Source: the human T2T-CHM13v2.0 reference genome, Homo sapiens. From it: 64,000 nucleotides of DNA. The DNA lies in the NCBI RefSeq assembly GCF_009914755.1, contig NC_060937.1. One strand, written 5' to 3'. Of the stretch, positions 40,323 through 54,900 are shown in pieces. Under the pieces are notes generated by a model. The model worked only from the letters and a program-made list of their open reading frames with translations. It was not told where the DNA came from and searched no databases. The translations under genes and the position numbers were made by a program. Numbering within the stretch: position 1 is the stretch's first letter; the number at the start of each line of letters is the position of its first letter.

Positions 40323-41779
40323 ATATATCACATAAACTTTTTAAATGGACACAGTCTTACAAAAATGGAAACAGAAATTATATAAACAATTTTATTAGTG
40401 TCCATTTCCAAATGTAGCACTCTATCTATTGTACATTTTAGTAAATAAAAATTGAGAATTTTGAAAAATGTTATGCAACATGAATATCAAATTATATTAT
40501 AAGCTCTATTGTAGATATCATCATATGTTTCAAAAATGCTCATCAAAATCTGATGATCACTTCATAGTTTATATTTCTGAGAAGGCAGCTTCTCTTTGAA
40601 TTCTTGCAACCCTTAGGAAATGTAAAAATAATGATAAAACATGAAGTTATGTTTAAGTTTTCTTCCAAATGACAACAGCTGCTTTTAAAGTGTACCCTTG
40701 TTAGGATGAAAACTCCCAGTTACTTTGTTTGGGATGCATAATTCTAAATTGAAGCTATGTTGAGAAGAAAAATTAAATTTCAATTATTTATGAGTAAATC
40801 TGCATAGATAGCCTTGACAAACAATAGCATGCTCTGAAAATGTTCAGAATAAGCTCCTTAAATTTCCATGCCAAGCTCTTGGCAGATATTTCTATGAAAC
40901 TCTTTTCTCTATGGTAAATTTTATTTTGTTTATTATCTGACACAGTTGCACAACTTTCTCATAAAACTTATAAGGAATTTAGAATTTAAATGTGTTCATT
41001 TAAATATTTTATATTATATATATATATATATATCTCCTGTGAAGTCTTCAAGTGCCGTAAACCTAAAATTCATAACTCTGATGGAACATATTGAACAAAT
41101 TGTAACAACGGAGTATGATTTTTTGATGAAATAAACTGCAAAGGATAAATCATAATCAGTCACATTGCAGAAAAATATGCAAGCCGACTTAATTGTAATT
41201 CTTGCTATTAATTTATTCTTTCTTATTGTTGTCATCTGCGAATATAAATAGCTTACTTAATTTTTAAATTCAACATGTGGATGTAAATAATAGTTCCCAT
41301 CTTGATGATGATTGTGAACATGCTGAAGATTATGATGATTGTTGTGCAAATAATTTATAAATTTTGTGTGAAATGATTCATTTTAAATTGAAAAAGAGTA
41401 AAGGAATAATGTAAATTCATATTACCACCTATAGTCACAACATGCTAAAATCAGAAATTTAAAATTTATCTAAGATCAAACTTGTCACATCTTAGTGAAA
41501 TTAAAAAAAAAAAGCCTAGAGTGATTACGTGACATGCTTATGTTCTTACAGGTATTTATTATTGTTTACATATCACTTAGGATAACATTCAGTGAAGACA
41601 TAGATTTACTGGGTTCATAAGCATAGGAAGTTAAGTCCTCGTATTTCAAACTCGTTGTGGACATTAAATACTTTTATAGCACTCTATTCTTTCTATCTAC
41701 TGCCTACTGACAACTTAATAAGACTGAAAAAGAACACATTCAGCTGGCCAATAGGGGTCTAGTGTTGAATAAAATATAT

Positions 41780-42118
41780 GTGGTTCATTAAGAATGTGGG
41801 CTCTGGAATCAGACCACTTGCCTTCAAATCTCAGCTCTCCTACCTTCTAGCATAAGATTGTATACATGTGGTTAAAAGCAGTTGTCAGAGCCAGACTGCC
41901 GCCATGTGAATATCAACTTCACAATGTATTGGCTATGTGTCCTTAAGCAAGTTACAAAATTTTCTGGACATCAGTTTTCTTCTTTGACAAAATCGAAAAT
42001 ATAGTAATACCAACTCTAATATGGTTAGCTGTTCAGCTAAAATGAGTTAGTGATCCAAAGCCCTTACAGCATTATCTATTTCTGTCTCGCTTTGTCTTGC
42101 TTTGTGTGTGCATATGTA

Positions 42119-42173
<55 letters not shown>

Positions 42174-42300
42174 CAGACAGAGACACAGTGAGTCAGAGAG
42201 ACAGAGAGAGACACAATACTATCTACAAGACCTGCAAGGTACTTAGTACTGCACTGTGTCTAATAAATATTAAGTGCTCAGTAAACATTACATCTTATTA
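41780..42300 (+). mobile_element. MIR fragments interrupted by a (GT)n(GA)n microsatellite (about 42113-42212)
   Basis: 'ctctggaatcagaccacttgccttcaaatctcagctc', 'gtgtccttaagcaagttac', 'taagtgctcagtaaacatta'. Confidence 0.75.
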
Positions 42301-42309
42301 TTTCATTTA

Positions 42310-44900
<2,591 letters not shown>

Positions 44901-45209
44901 GCAGTACTGTGTTACTCTTTACTATCTCAACAGTTTTCTCTGAAATTTGCATATAAAAGTGATTATAATTTGTGATTTATTATTATTTTATCCAACAATA
45001 GTAATCAGATTAGAATAAAGTAAAAGCATTAAGAATGGGCACACTGAACACACATCACAAATACTTTGTTGGTTAATGGAAATGCTAAGGAAATTGTGAC
45101 CAGAAAGAAAAATCTATTAAAGTCAATGTGTGCTGAAAAAAATAGAAACATATTTTATTTTAATTTGAAAGTATGATTATTAAGAATGTTTTTTCTTTGA
45201 AGTTTCAAA

Positions 45210-45283
45210 AACAAACAGTAACATATGTGGTAGCTAGCTGAGCACTAACAAACAGTAACAAATGTGGTAGCTAGCTGAGCACT
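45210..45283. repeat. 37-bp tandem duplication (1 mismatch)
   Basis: 'aacaaacagtaaca(t/a)atgtggtagctagctgagcact' twice. Confidence 0.95.
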
Positions 45284-45384
45284 TTTGTGTCATATCATTT
45301 ATTGTCGTGCTTTTGCGTGATTATTGTAGACTTTGCAAATTTTTACTTGACAATCATTTGTATTTATTTTCGATACCCTTTATT

Positions 45385-45722
45385 CTAGGCCTGGGGTGGC
45401 TAGAGCCTGTCCTGGCATCTCATGGATAAGGTGGAAACCAGCCTTCCAGCCCTAGACAGGACATTATCCCATCACAGGGTACACAGATACACACACACGC
45501 ACTCACTCCTACTGGGACCGTGTAGGCACACCAGTTGCCCTAATGTGTACATCTTTGGGATATAGGAGGAAACCAGAGTACCTGGAGAAAACAAAGGCAG
45601 ACACAGGGAGAATGTACAAACTTCACTCACCAGACAGTGGGCCTCTGGGAATCAACTTTTTTATCTCATTAACATTATAATAAACAATGTCAAATGAAAT
45701 CATATTATTTGAGGATCTACTC
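45385..45722 (-). mobile_element. MER6/MER6A DNA transposon fragment
   Basis: 'catctttgggatataggaggaaaccagagtacctggagaaaac...gcagacacagggagaatgtacaaact' and terminal 'ttatttgaggatctac'. Confidence 0.8.
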
Positions 45723-47523
45723 TACAGAATTAACTAAACCTTCCTTGGATATTGCACATCAGCTAATCACGATACTCTGAGGCGTAAATTTCACAAGCCC
45801 AGTTTGCTCGGCATTTGTGCTTTGCATTTTAGAGATGAAAACATTTGTGGTATGGCAAGTTAATCAAGGGCCATGACAGCAATGTCTGGAACATGTATTT
45901 TACTTTTGGTAAATCTTTTGAACTCTGTAATGCTATTGCAACCTTTTGACCAAAAGCAGCTTAAAAGTCACTGTCCTTAATTGAGTATTTATAAAATGTC
46001 ACATATAAATTCCATTTTATTGTTTTTTGGGCATTATAAACAGCAGGAACTTTTAGCAACACAATTAACTCTTTGTTGACACATGGGTTGTAATAAAATG
46101 TCATTCCCTGCTGTCCGGTTTCTACTGCTTTCTTGTGAGTGAGCACAGGGTTGAACTTGTTGCTGAACATTGGAGAAAGAAGGACTCTTCTCAGTCCATT
46201 TTTTTCTGATAGGCTTTCCTCAAGATTTAAATTGTTACCATAAACCTCTTAATGGCCTGTAAGGACTTTCAAAGATCTGGTCCTCCTTACTTCTCAATAC
46301 CATCACCTACATGATAATGTCTCTTTCTCTCTGATTTATGGACACTAATCTCTTAAATTTACCATGACATTCCTAATATTTGTTCTCATATCACCTCATG
46401 AAAGGGATTCTTTGGCCACATGCTATTTCAAAATCTCCAGCATTTCTTGGTATCTTTTTATACTTTGTTTTTGTACTTAGTGTCTTTTATTAGCAACTTA
46501 CTATAAATTTTACTTATTCCTGTTGCCTGCATTAGAATGTATGTTCCATGAGATAAAAAGTGTTTGTCTTTTATGATCAGTAATTGCAGATTTTAGATCC
46601 ATGTCTATCACATAATATGAAATGTTGAATTATTAAAATATTAAAATTCTCAGAAGCTAAGTTTTCAGAATCACATTCTCTTGAGAAATCTCAGAAGCTT
46701 CTTAATCTTATCTTTAAATTTTTTAAAATGAAGTACCCTAAGTTCAGGGAATTGAAGAAATTGTCCATGGTCAACCAAAAAGTTGAAGACAGAGAAAGTA
46801 CTAAATACCAATTCCATTCTCCTTGGATGAAACTGATTTTATACCCCTTTCCTGCTTTTACTGGTAAACATTGGTAGGCTTTGGCCATTTAACAAAATTC
46901 ATTTTGGGTACAGCTGTTGTTTCAGGTGAGGGTGGGAGCCAAAAAGAATTTTAGAATGCCTGCTGGGGAAGTATAGACAAATGTATTCTCTCCCACTGTA
47001 TATAAGGCAGTATATAGACTTGACTGCTACTGGCTGCTGTCTGATAACTCAGAGTAATTGCTCTGACACCTCAGATGGTACAGCACAGAGATAAAGATAC
47101 TGAGTTCCTTGAGATATCAATGAGCCAGTGGATCACCAGATCTTGAATTGTGTCCTATACCTGTGCTTCTACTTATATTAACTAATTTTTTTATTAAGAG
47201 AAAAGAAATGTTTTTCATATACTCTTGGCACATTTTTGTCCTACCTCAGATTTTTGAAGTGTCAGAAACAATGGAGATTGCTGGTGGCTAATACACAGTA
47301 GAATAAACTGGGGAAGAACATTTATTTCTAACTAAATCTGTGTGTGTGCATGCATGTGTGTGTACATGCATGTGTATATGTGTTGATTTATATCATTGAT
47401 GTAGACTTATTAATTATTGATGTGAGATTCTTATATTACTTAACAGTAATTACATAACTCATAAGACCTTTTTAGATTTCCAGCCAAGGGCATGAGCAGG
47501 GATTGAAATAACAAAACCCAAGG

Positions 47524-47873
47524 TCTATTAGTCTGCTTTCTCACTGCTGATAAAGGCATACCTGAGACTGGGCAATTTACAAAAGAAAGAAGTTTAATGG
47601 ACTTACAGTTCCACATGGCTGGGGAGGCCTCACAATCATGGTGGAAGGCAAGAAGGAGCAAATCACATCTTACATGGATGGCAGCAGGCAAAAAGCTTGT
47701 GCAGGGAAACTCCCGTTTTTAAAACCATCCTATCTAGTAAGGTTTATTCACTAACACTAGAACAGCATGGGAAAGACCCTCCCCCATGATTCAATTACCT
47801 CCCACCAGGCCCCTCCCACAACAAATGGGAATTCAAGATGAGATTTGGGTGCAGACACAGCCAAACCATATCA
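47524..47873 (-). mobile_element. THE1 solo LTR
   Basis: 'tattagtctgctttctcactgctgataaaggcatacctgagactggg' to 'acacagccaaaccatatca'; perfect 5-bp TSD caagg. Confidence 0.95.
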
Positions 47874-47986
47874 CAAGGCTATAGAAGCAATACATTTTAT
47901 TCATTTATTAACTGTTTACACATGTTTTATTGTTTTCATTTTAGTGTGTGATTACAGGCTTCATTTTCTGAACTCAGGTCCTTGTT

Positions 47987-48017
47987 TTGTGTGTGTGTGT
48001 GTGTGTGTTTGTGTGTG
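47987..48017. repeat. (TG)n microsatellite derived from the retrocopy poly(A) tail
   Basis: Lies exactly between the mRNA 3' end and the TSD; residual T runs. Confidence 0.85.
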
Positions 48018-48638
48018 AATTATGATTCTTTTTTCTGACTGGTGCCTATGGACTCAATAGGGAAACCTATTTACTAATTAGTTTTGTCTTTTTCCATAGA
48101 GAAAGCTTGGACTATATTTCTGGAAGGTACCCACTGTGGGGTGCTGCTTGTTATCTGGTGTTGCCATGCAGCGACTTGGAGGAGTGGAGGGCTGCAGGAG
48201 ACCCTCTAAGATTCTGCTTTGTGCACATGCTCTGCCTTCAGGGCATGGGGTTCTCCAGCCCATAAAGCAAGACTCCTCAGGCCCTGTGACTAGCATCCCC
48301 CCACACATATCAGCCACTAGCATTTTAAAGATGGTTTTAGGTGGGCACATAAAGGCCCAGAAAAAAAGTTTTACAATTATTTTAGGATCCTCAACCTTCA
48401 TGTCATAGCTAGTCAGTGAATGAAGTTACCTTTTAATCAAAGAGCCTCATCCTTGTTTTCTTGGTACTAAAAACTTTTACCAGTCTGAATCCTAGTATCA
48501 TACTCTATACACTAACCCCACCTATTCCTCTGTCGCCAGATGGAGATTTTAAGCTTGCAGGCTTCCAGCAAGGATTCTCCTGATAAGCGTGTGTAGCAGT
48601 GCAGCTGGACACACTTGGGAACAGCAGGCTGGCCTTCA

Positions 48639-48770
<132 letters not shown>

Positions 48771-49003
48771 TCATGTAAGTTTGGTCTTGGAGGGACTTCC
48801 AGTCACCAGGTGAAGCACCATGCTCCCCCCGATGACACCCTTCTGCTCGGGCATGTTCCCGAAGTCTGTGGCCATGCCAGCCAGCACACAGGTGGAGCCT
48901 TGACGCTTGGCACAGCACATGCTCACAGAGTCACAAGGCCCCACTAGGTTTCCTGCTGCCTCTGCAGCCAGCTCATGGGCAATGAATGTATCTTTTCTGA
49001 TCA

Positions 49004-49279
<276 letters not shown>

Positions 49280-49296
49280 TCACTGTAGAGAGTCTT

Positions 49297-49521
49297 CCCC
49301 GCCCGCCCCCCCGTCCCCGAGTTCAAGCGATTCTCCTGCCTCAGCCTCCTGAGTAGTTGGGATTACAGGCCCGCACCACCACTCCCAGCTAATTTTTGTA
49401 TTTTTAGTAGAGATGGGGTTTCACCATGTGGGTCGGGCTGCTCTCGAACTCCTAACCTCGTGATCTGCCCGCCTCGGCCCCCCAACGTGCTAGTATTACA
49501 GGCGTGAGCCACCGCACCCGG
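49297..49521 (-). mobile_element. 3'-truncated AluS (Sg/Sc-like) inserted in the STARP1 coding remnant
   Basis: Reverse strand 'ccgggtgcggtggctcacgcctgtaat...gagaatcgcttgaactc' followed by a G-rich tract; no poly(A); TSD gtagagagtct (49285-49295, 49522-49532). Confidence 0.93.
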
Positions 49522-49620
49522 GTAGAGAGTCTCTTCCAGCAGAGAACGAAGCAGAGAGCTCCGCCGCGGAACCTGGTTAATCCAAGCGCTTGGGGTGGGG
49601 CCCCCAGGGCCCTCCGGTTA

Positions 49621-49785
<165 letters not shown>

Positions 49786-49871
49786 TCAAGGGTGGTTCTT
49801 CGTCCTTCCTGAGCCACTCAAGCTTTGCCTCTGAGTCCCGCAGCTGCAGCCTGGACCCGGTGTTCCACGTA

Positions 49872-49931
49872 TTAAATGTCCCCCACTGAAGGCTGTGCAT
49901 CATCATCAGGAGATATAAACGCCATCACTCA
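49872..49931 (-). promoter_or_regulatory. Retro-copied STAR proximal promoter segment (TTTAA TATA-like box, SF-1/NR5A1 site CAGCCTTC, mutated GATA site)
   Basis: Reverse strand 'tgagtgatggcgtttatatctcctgatgatgatgcacagccttcagtgggggacatttaa' matches my recollection of the human STAR proximal promoter; activity not shown. Confidence 0.65.
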
Positions 49932-50734
49932 CTGGATTCTTCCTGGCAGTGCTCAGCTCCCCGTGCAGCGCCTGCTGCCATCCATCCAGTGCATACCTTC
50001 GCCACTCCAGGGATGCTTGCAGTGCGGCCTCCCCTTGGAGGCTGTCCTCTGTGCCCCTCCTCACTCTACTCTTTAATTAGAATCCAATATTTTGGCCAGG
50101 CTCGATGGCTCAGGTCCTTCTTATAGACTCACTGAATATTGAAATCGGTAGGACATACCTTTTTGCTTATTTATTGTTCTCATTTAGTGCTTATCTCTGG
50201 TCTTTCCTGTCCTTTTGGAGTCACCAAAATTTGATAACAGAAACTTTGACTTCCATTTCTGATCCCATGTGATCTTCCCAGTAAGTCTAACCCTAGGATG
50301 TGATTTGTATATCTGTTACCCTCTCACCCACATACTCCCTACTAAGATAACATGAAGCATAACTGAGTTGTCCATTCTATGACTTAGCAAAATATATTGT
50401 TTTATTCCTCTAAATAAATTTCTCAAGGAGTTAATTATAATGCAAAGCCAGTTACTCATTCTGGCAATGTGCAAATTCAGAAATATACAGAAAATGTACA
50501 ACAACCCAGATTAATCTTAATATACACATTATGTCATTAAAATCAAGGTAGATATGAATTTCTATAATCTTTATATGTAAAGCTTAATATCTTTAAGAAA
50601 TATTTAGGTAATGTTGCAGTTTTAATTTGTGTCTATGTAGTTTGGTCCCCTTTGTTCCATTTTAATTTATTTCCACTCTTTGTATTACTCCCTTGTTTTC
50701 ATTTGTTTTGCTACTATTTCCTCTTTATTATTAT

Positions 50735-51170
50735 TATTTTGATATTTACAGAATAGTTGCAAAATTTTATAGTGAGTTCTTACCATTTACTCATGTTTCT
50801 CTAAGGTTTACATTGTAGGCAACCATGAAACACTTATCACAACTTAGAAATTCACATTCGTATGATGCTGTGAATCAAATTGCAGACTTTATTCTGATTT
50901 TATCAGCTTTTCCATTAATATCCTTTTTTTCTGTTTCAGTATTTAATCTATGATACCACGTTGCATTTTTTTCTAGTGTTCTCCAGTTATGAGTTCTCAC
51001 TCTTTATTTTTTTGTAAGCTTGACAGTTTTGAATTATACTGATCAAACATTTTGTAGAATATCCTTCAGTTTGGGTTTTTCTGCTGTTTTCTCATGATTA
51101 ACTGGAGTGAATAAATTTTCAGAAAACAATACCACAGAAGTAAAATGCGCTTCTCATCACATCATGCCTA
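50735..51170 (-). mobile_element. Old L1M (L1MC4/5-like) 3' fragment
   Basis: 'ttacagaatagttgcaaaa', 'tgcagactttattctgattttatcagcttttcc', 'tttgtagaatatccttcagtttggg'. Confidence 0.65.
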
Positions 51171-51909
51171 CCCGTCTTTAAATCATAACTTTCCTTCTGT
51201 TTCACTCTCACAGCTCTGATTTCTGAGCTTTCTCTTATTAGAAGAATATCATCATTTTCCACCTCACTTGAGTTTGTTTTCTATAAAAAAGATCTGTACC
51301 TGGAATTAAAATATTCTGCTATTCAGCATCATGATGCTTAATTGACCAGCATACTTTGAGATAATTTATAACAAACCAGTGATTTCCTACTGTATTTTTT
51401 AAGGATGCATGCTAATCACCAATATAATGTATCTAAGATCTAGTTTCTTTTTCCCCCATGACAGAAAACTGCAGATTTTATACGAAAATCTCAAAAAGAG
51501 AATCAAACTTAATTATGAAGCCGAATGATTGACACCAATTGGTAAATTCCCTTGACAACCTAGACAATTCTTAGTTAATATGAAAGTTTTATAATAAAAA
51601 CAGACTTAATGCCACATATTTTAATAATTACTTTTCAAAAATGTAGTGCTAAAGAAGAAATTCTATTATCAAGGGGATAAATTGCAAAAGGGCTATTATT
51701 CTAGTTTTAAAAGACTCCTCTAAAAGTTATTTTTAATATTATGAAATATTGAAGTTGGTTGAAAGTTAAGAATATTTCTCATTAAGTTAAATTAGATATA
51801 ATGGGGAACCACTTATTCATTTATTACTTACACCTTTTTTTCCCTCTTTTTTTAAGCTCTTACACATTTTTTTTTTGAGTTATAGGAAGGGCATTCTGAA
51901 AAATGTTAG

Positions 51910-54900
51910 GATTAATAAAGATGGCTGACTAGAAACAGCTGGGATACTCCTTTTCAACAAGAGGAACCAAAATATTGAGTAAATCTTGACACATCCAACA
52001 GATCTTTTGAGAGAGAATACTGAAATTTAATAGAGAGGCAACAGAAGATGCTTTGATTGAAGAGGGAGGTAGGAGACTTCCTGCTTGGCATCACTGGGTG
52101 CCAAGACTGCCCAGACCTAGATCAAACCCAAGGAAGGGGTGAGTAAAGGAACCCCATGGCACCACATTCCTACTCTGGGCCACTGAGATCCTAGCTAAAA
52201 GAGTTCCCACAACACCTACAAACCTTTGGACTGTCTGGGAGCTACCTGGAGAACACATAGAGGCACTGCCTAATCTCACTGGGAGCCCAAAAGATTTCAG
52301 TGTGTTGGGCAGCTGCAGTAAAACATGACTCAGTGCCCACTTCTCAAGTTTCTGTGTCCTGCCCTAAACAACTGTAGCTCATGTTGTCTGCTGGACCAGG
52401 AGAGAGTGGGGCCTGTGCACATTCAGGTACCCAAGACAGGCCACAGCACCATTGCTCTGGGACTGAGGTGCATTCTGAACCACAAACTCCCATGGCTGCT
52501 GGTACCTCCCATTACTGCCTACCTGGATTTTCTTGCAGGGGCAGCCCACAGTATAGGCTTCATTGCCCTACCTGAGTGGTTTGTTGGGCAGCCTGGGAGC
52601 AGTTCACTTCCCCACCAAAGGTAGTGCTTGACCCCAAAAGGCCAAAGGACAAGTCTGCTGGCCTAGTCCCAGTTCCCCAGTAGTCAAGCACACTACCTAG
52701 GGGTATAGAGATGAGAACTGTGGTCTGATCTCATGCTGGAGAGGGCCCCCCTGTGTTAGAACACAGAGAAGAGCATGACACACGCTCACATGATGGTGCA
52801 GGAGCTGTGTGCCCCTTCTTTTATGAAACCAGACTGCCAAGAGTGAGGCCTAATATTCTCAGTTTCTTCTACAGGGAGTCTCGCCATCTGTAACACCTGG
52901 GACAGCGTGGTGATCTGGGTGTGAATGCTTGAGATGAGCTTAGCTGGTCGGGTCTGTTGTTCAGGTTAGACATTGGAGGGAGCCCCCTGGGGGTTCAGGG
53001 GAGTAGTAAATGGGTAGCCTCCATGGCCTTTTGCTAGGCTGAAAGCCCCAGACTATCCCCTCTTTCCCTGATTAGGCACTGTGGTAACAGGATGTGCCTC
53101 CCCCATTCCCTAGAGGATTGCCCGAGTGGCCTGAGAGCTGCCTCTACAACCCCATCAAGGTCAGGACTTGCACCCAACCCAACCCTATCTATTCCTGCCA
53201 TCTTGGTGGGAGAACACCAGGCAATAATATTGAACCCCATTCCCCATCCATTGCCAGGGACACTCTGATACTTCCCCCCATCAACTAAAGTCACATAGAA
53301 TTCCACTGCCATCAGCACATATGCTTGTCACTTGCAAGTGCCAACTACTGATCAAGAGGTCAAACTGCATGGCCCATGACAACTTCTGCTGACATCAGTG
53401 TACAAGGCTCAGCCAGCTCTTACCCACAAGCACCACCAACTAGCATATGGTGTGGGATGTACAACCAAATATAATTACTGCTGACAAAAGTATACAGTAC
53501 TGGGGAACAAAATAAGCCTCTCAAGCCTCCACCTCCCCATATCTGTTGAAGACAGTGAGCCTCACCACATACAGAGCTTATTGTAGACTTCTACCACAAT
53601 CTACAAAAACAGACAGAGAAACAAAAAAACTAGCATTTGAGAAATCCATTACATTAAGGCTATCTATTAGCACAAAATTTTTATACAGAGAGTTGACCCT
53701 ATAAAAACACATGGGAGCAAAGCCAAAGGACCACGCCCAACGTACACAATAGTCACACCCTCAAATGAGGAAAAAAATCCCACCCAAACAAAAGCAAATA
53801 GAAAAATAAGAGGTAATAGCTTCTACAGATAAAAAACAGTCAGCACAAGAACTCAGGTACTATGATTAAACAATGTAATAACACATCCAAAGGTCACACT
53901 AGCTTTCTAGAAAGGGATTTTAACCAAAATGAAAACTTTGAAATGATAAAAGATTTAAGATACATATTGTAAGGAAGTTCAATGAGATCCAAGAGAAAGT
54001 TGAAAGCCAACAAAAAGAAACCAGAAAAACAATTTAGGAGATGAAAGAAGAGATAGATATATTTTTTAGAAAAACAAACACAACCTCTGGAAATAAAAAA
54101 AAAATCACTGAAGAAATTTCAATAATGCTGTTGAAAGCTTTAACAATAAACTAGACCAGGCAGAAGAAAGACTTTCAGAGCCTGAAGACCAGTCTTTTGA
54201 ATTAATCAAGTCAAATAGAAACAAAGAAAAAAATAACTTAAAAAAACGAGCAGAGCTTTCAAATATATGGGATTATGGAAAACAACCAAATGTACAACTT
54301 GTAGGCATTCCTAAGGGGAAAAAAGAAAAAGTAAGAAGTGTGGAACATATATTTGAGGAAATAATTTTTTTTAATTTCTCAACTTTGCTAGAGACATAGA
54401 TGCCCATATACGAGAAATTTGGAGAACACCTGGAAGACACTATGTAAGGTAAACATCACCAAGGAACATAGTCATTAGACTATTTAAGGTCAATGTGAAA
54501 CTCTATGTCTTAACGGCAGCTAGAGAGAAGTGTCAAATCACCTGTAAATAATATCCCACTAGACTAACAACTGACTTCTCAGTTGAAACTTTCCAAGCCA
54601 GAAGAGATTGGGACCTATTTTTAGCTTTCTTTAAAAAAAATGCCAGCCAAAATAATTTTATATTCTGCCCAACTAAGTTTCATAAATGAATAAGAAATTA
54701 AATATTTCCTTAGATAAGCAAACACTAAGGACATTTGTCACCATTAGACTAGTACTACACAAATTGCTCAAAAGAGATCTAAACATGGATATGAAAGTAA
54801 AATACTCACCATCATAACATCACACATAAGTAGAAACCTTACAAATCCTGTAAAGCAGTTACACAACTGAGACTCCAAAGAACCTAGCTAGCAAGCTATG

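Noticed and set aside
45545-45630. SINE-core-like motif 'ggaggaaaccagagtacctggagaaaac'
   Set aside because: Known internal part of MER6, not an independent RNA gene.
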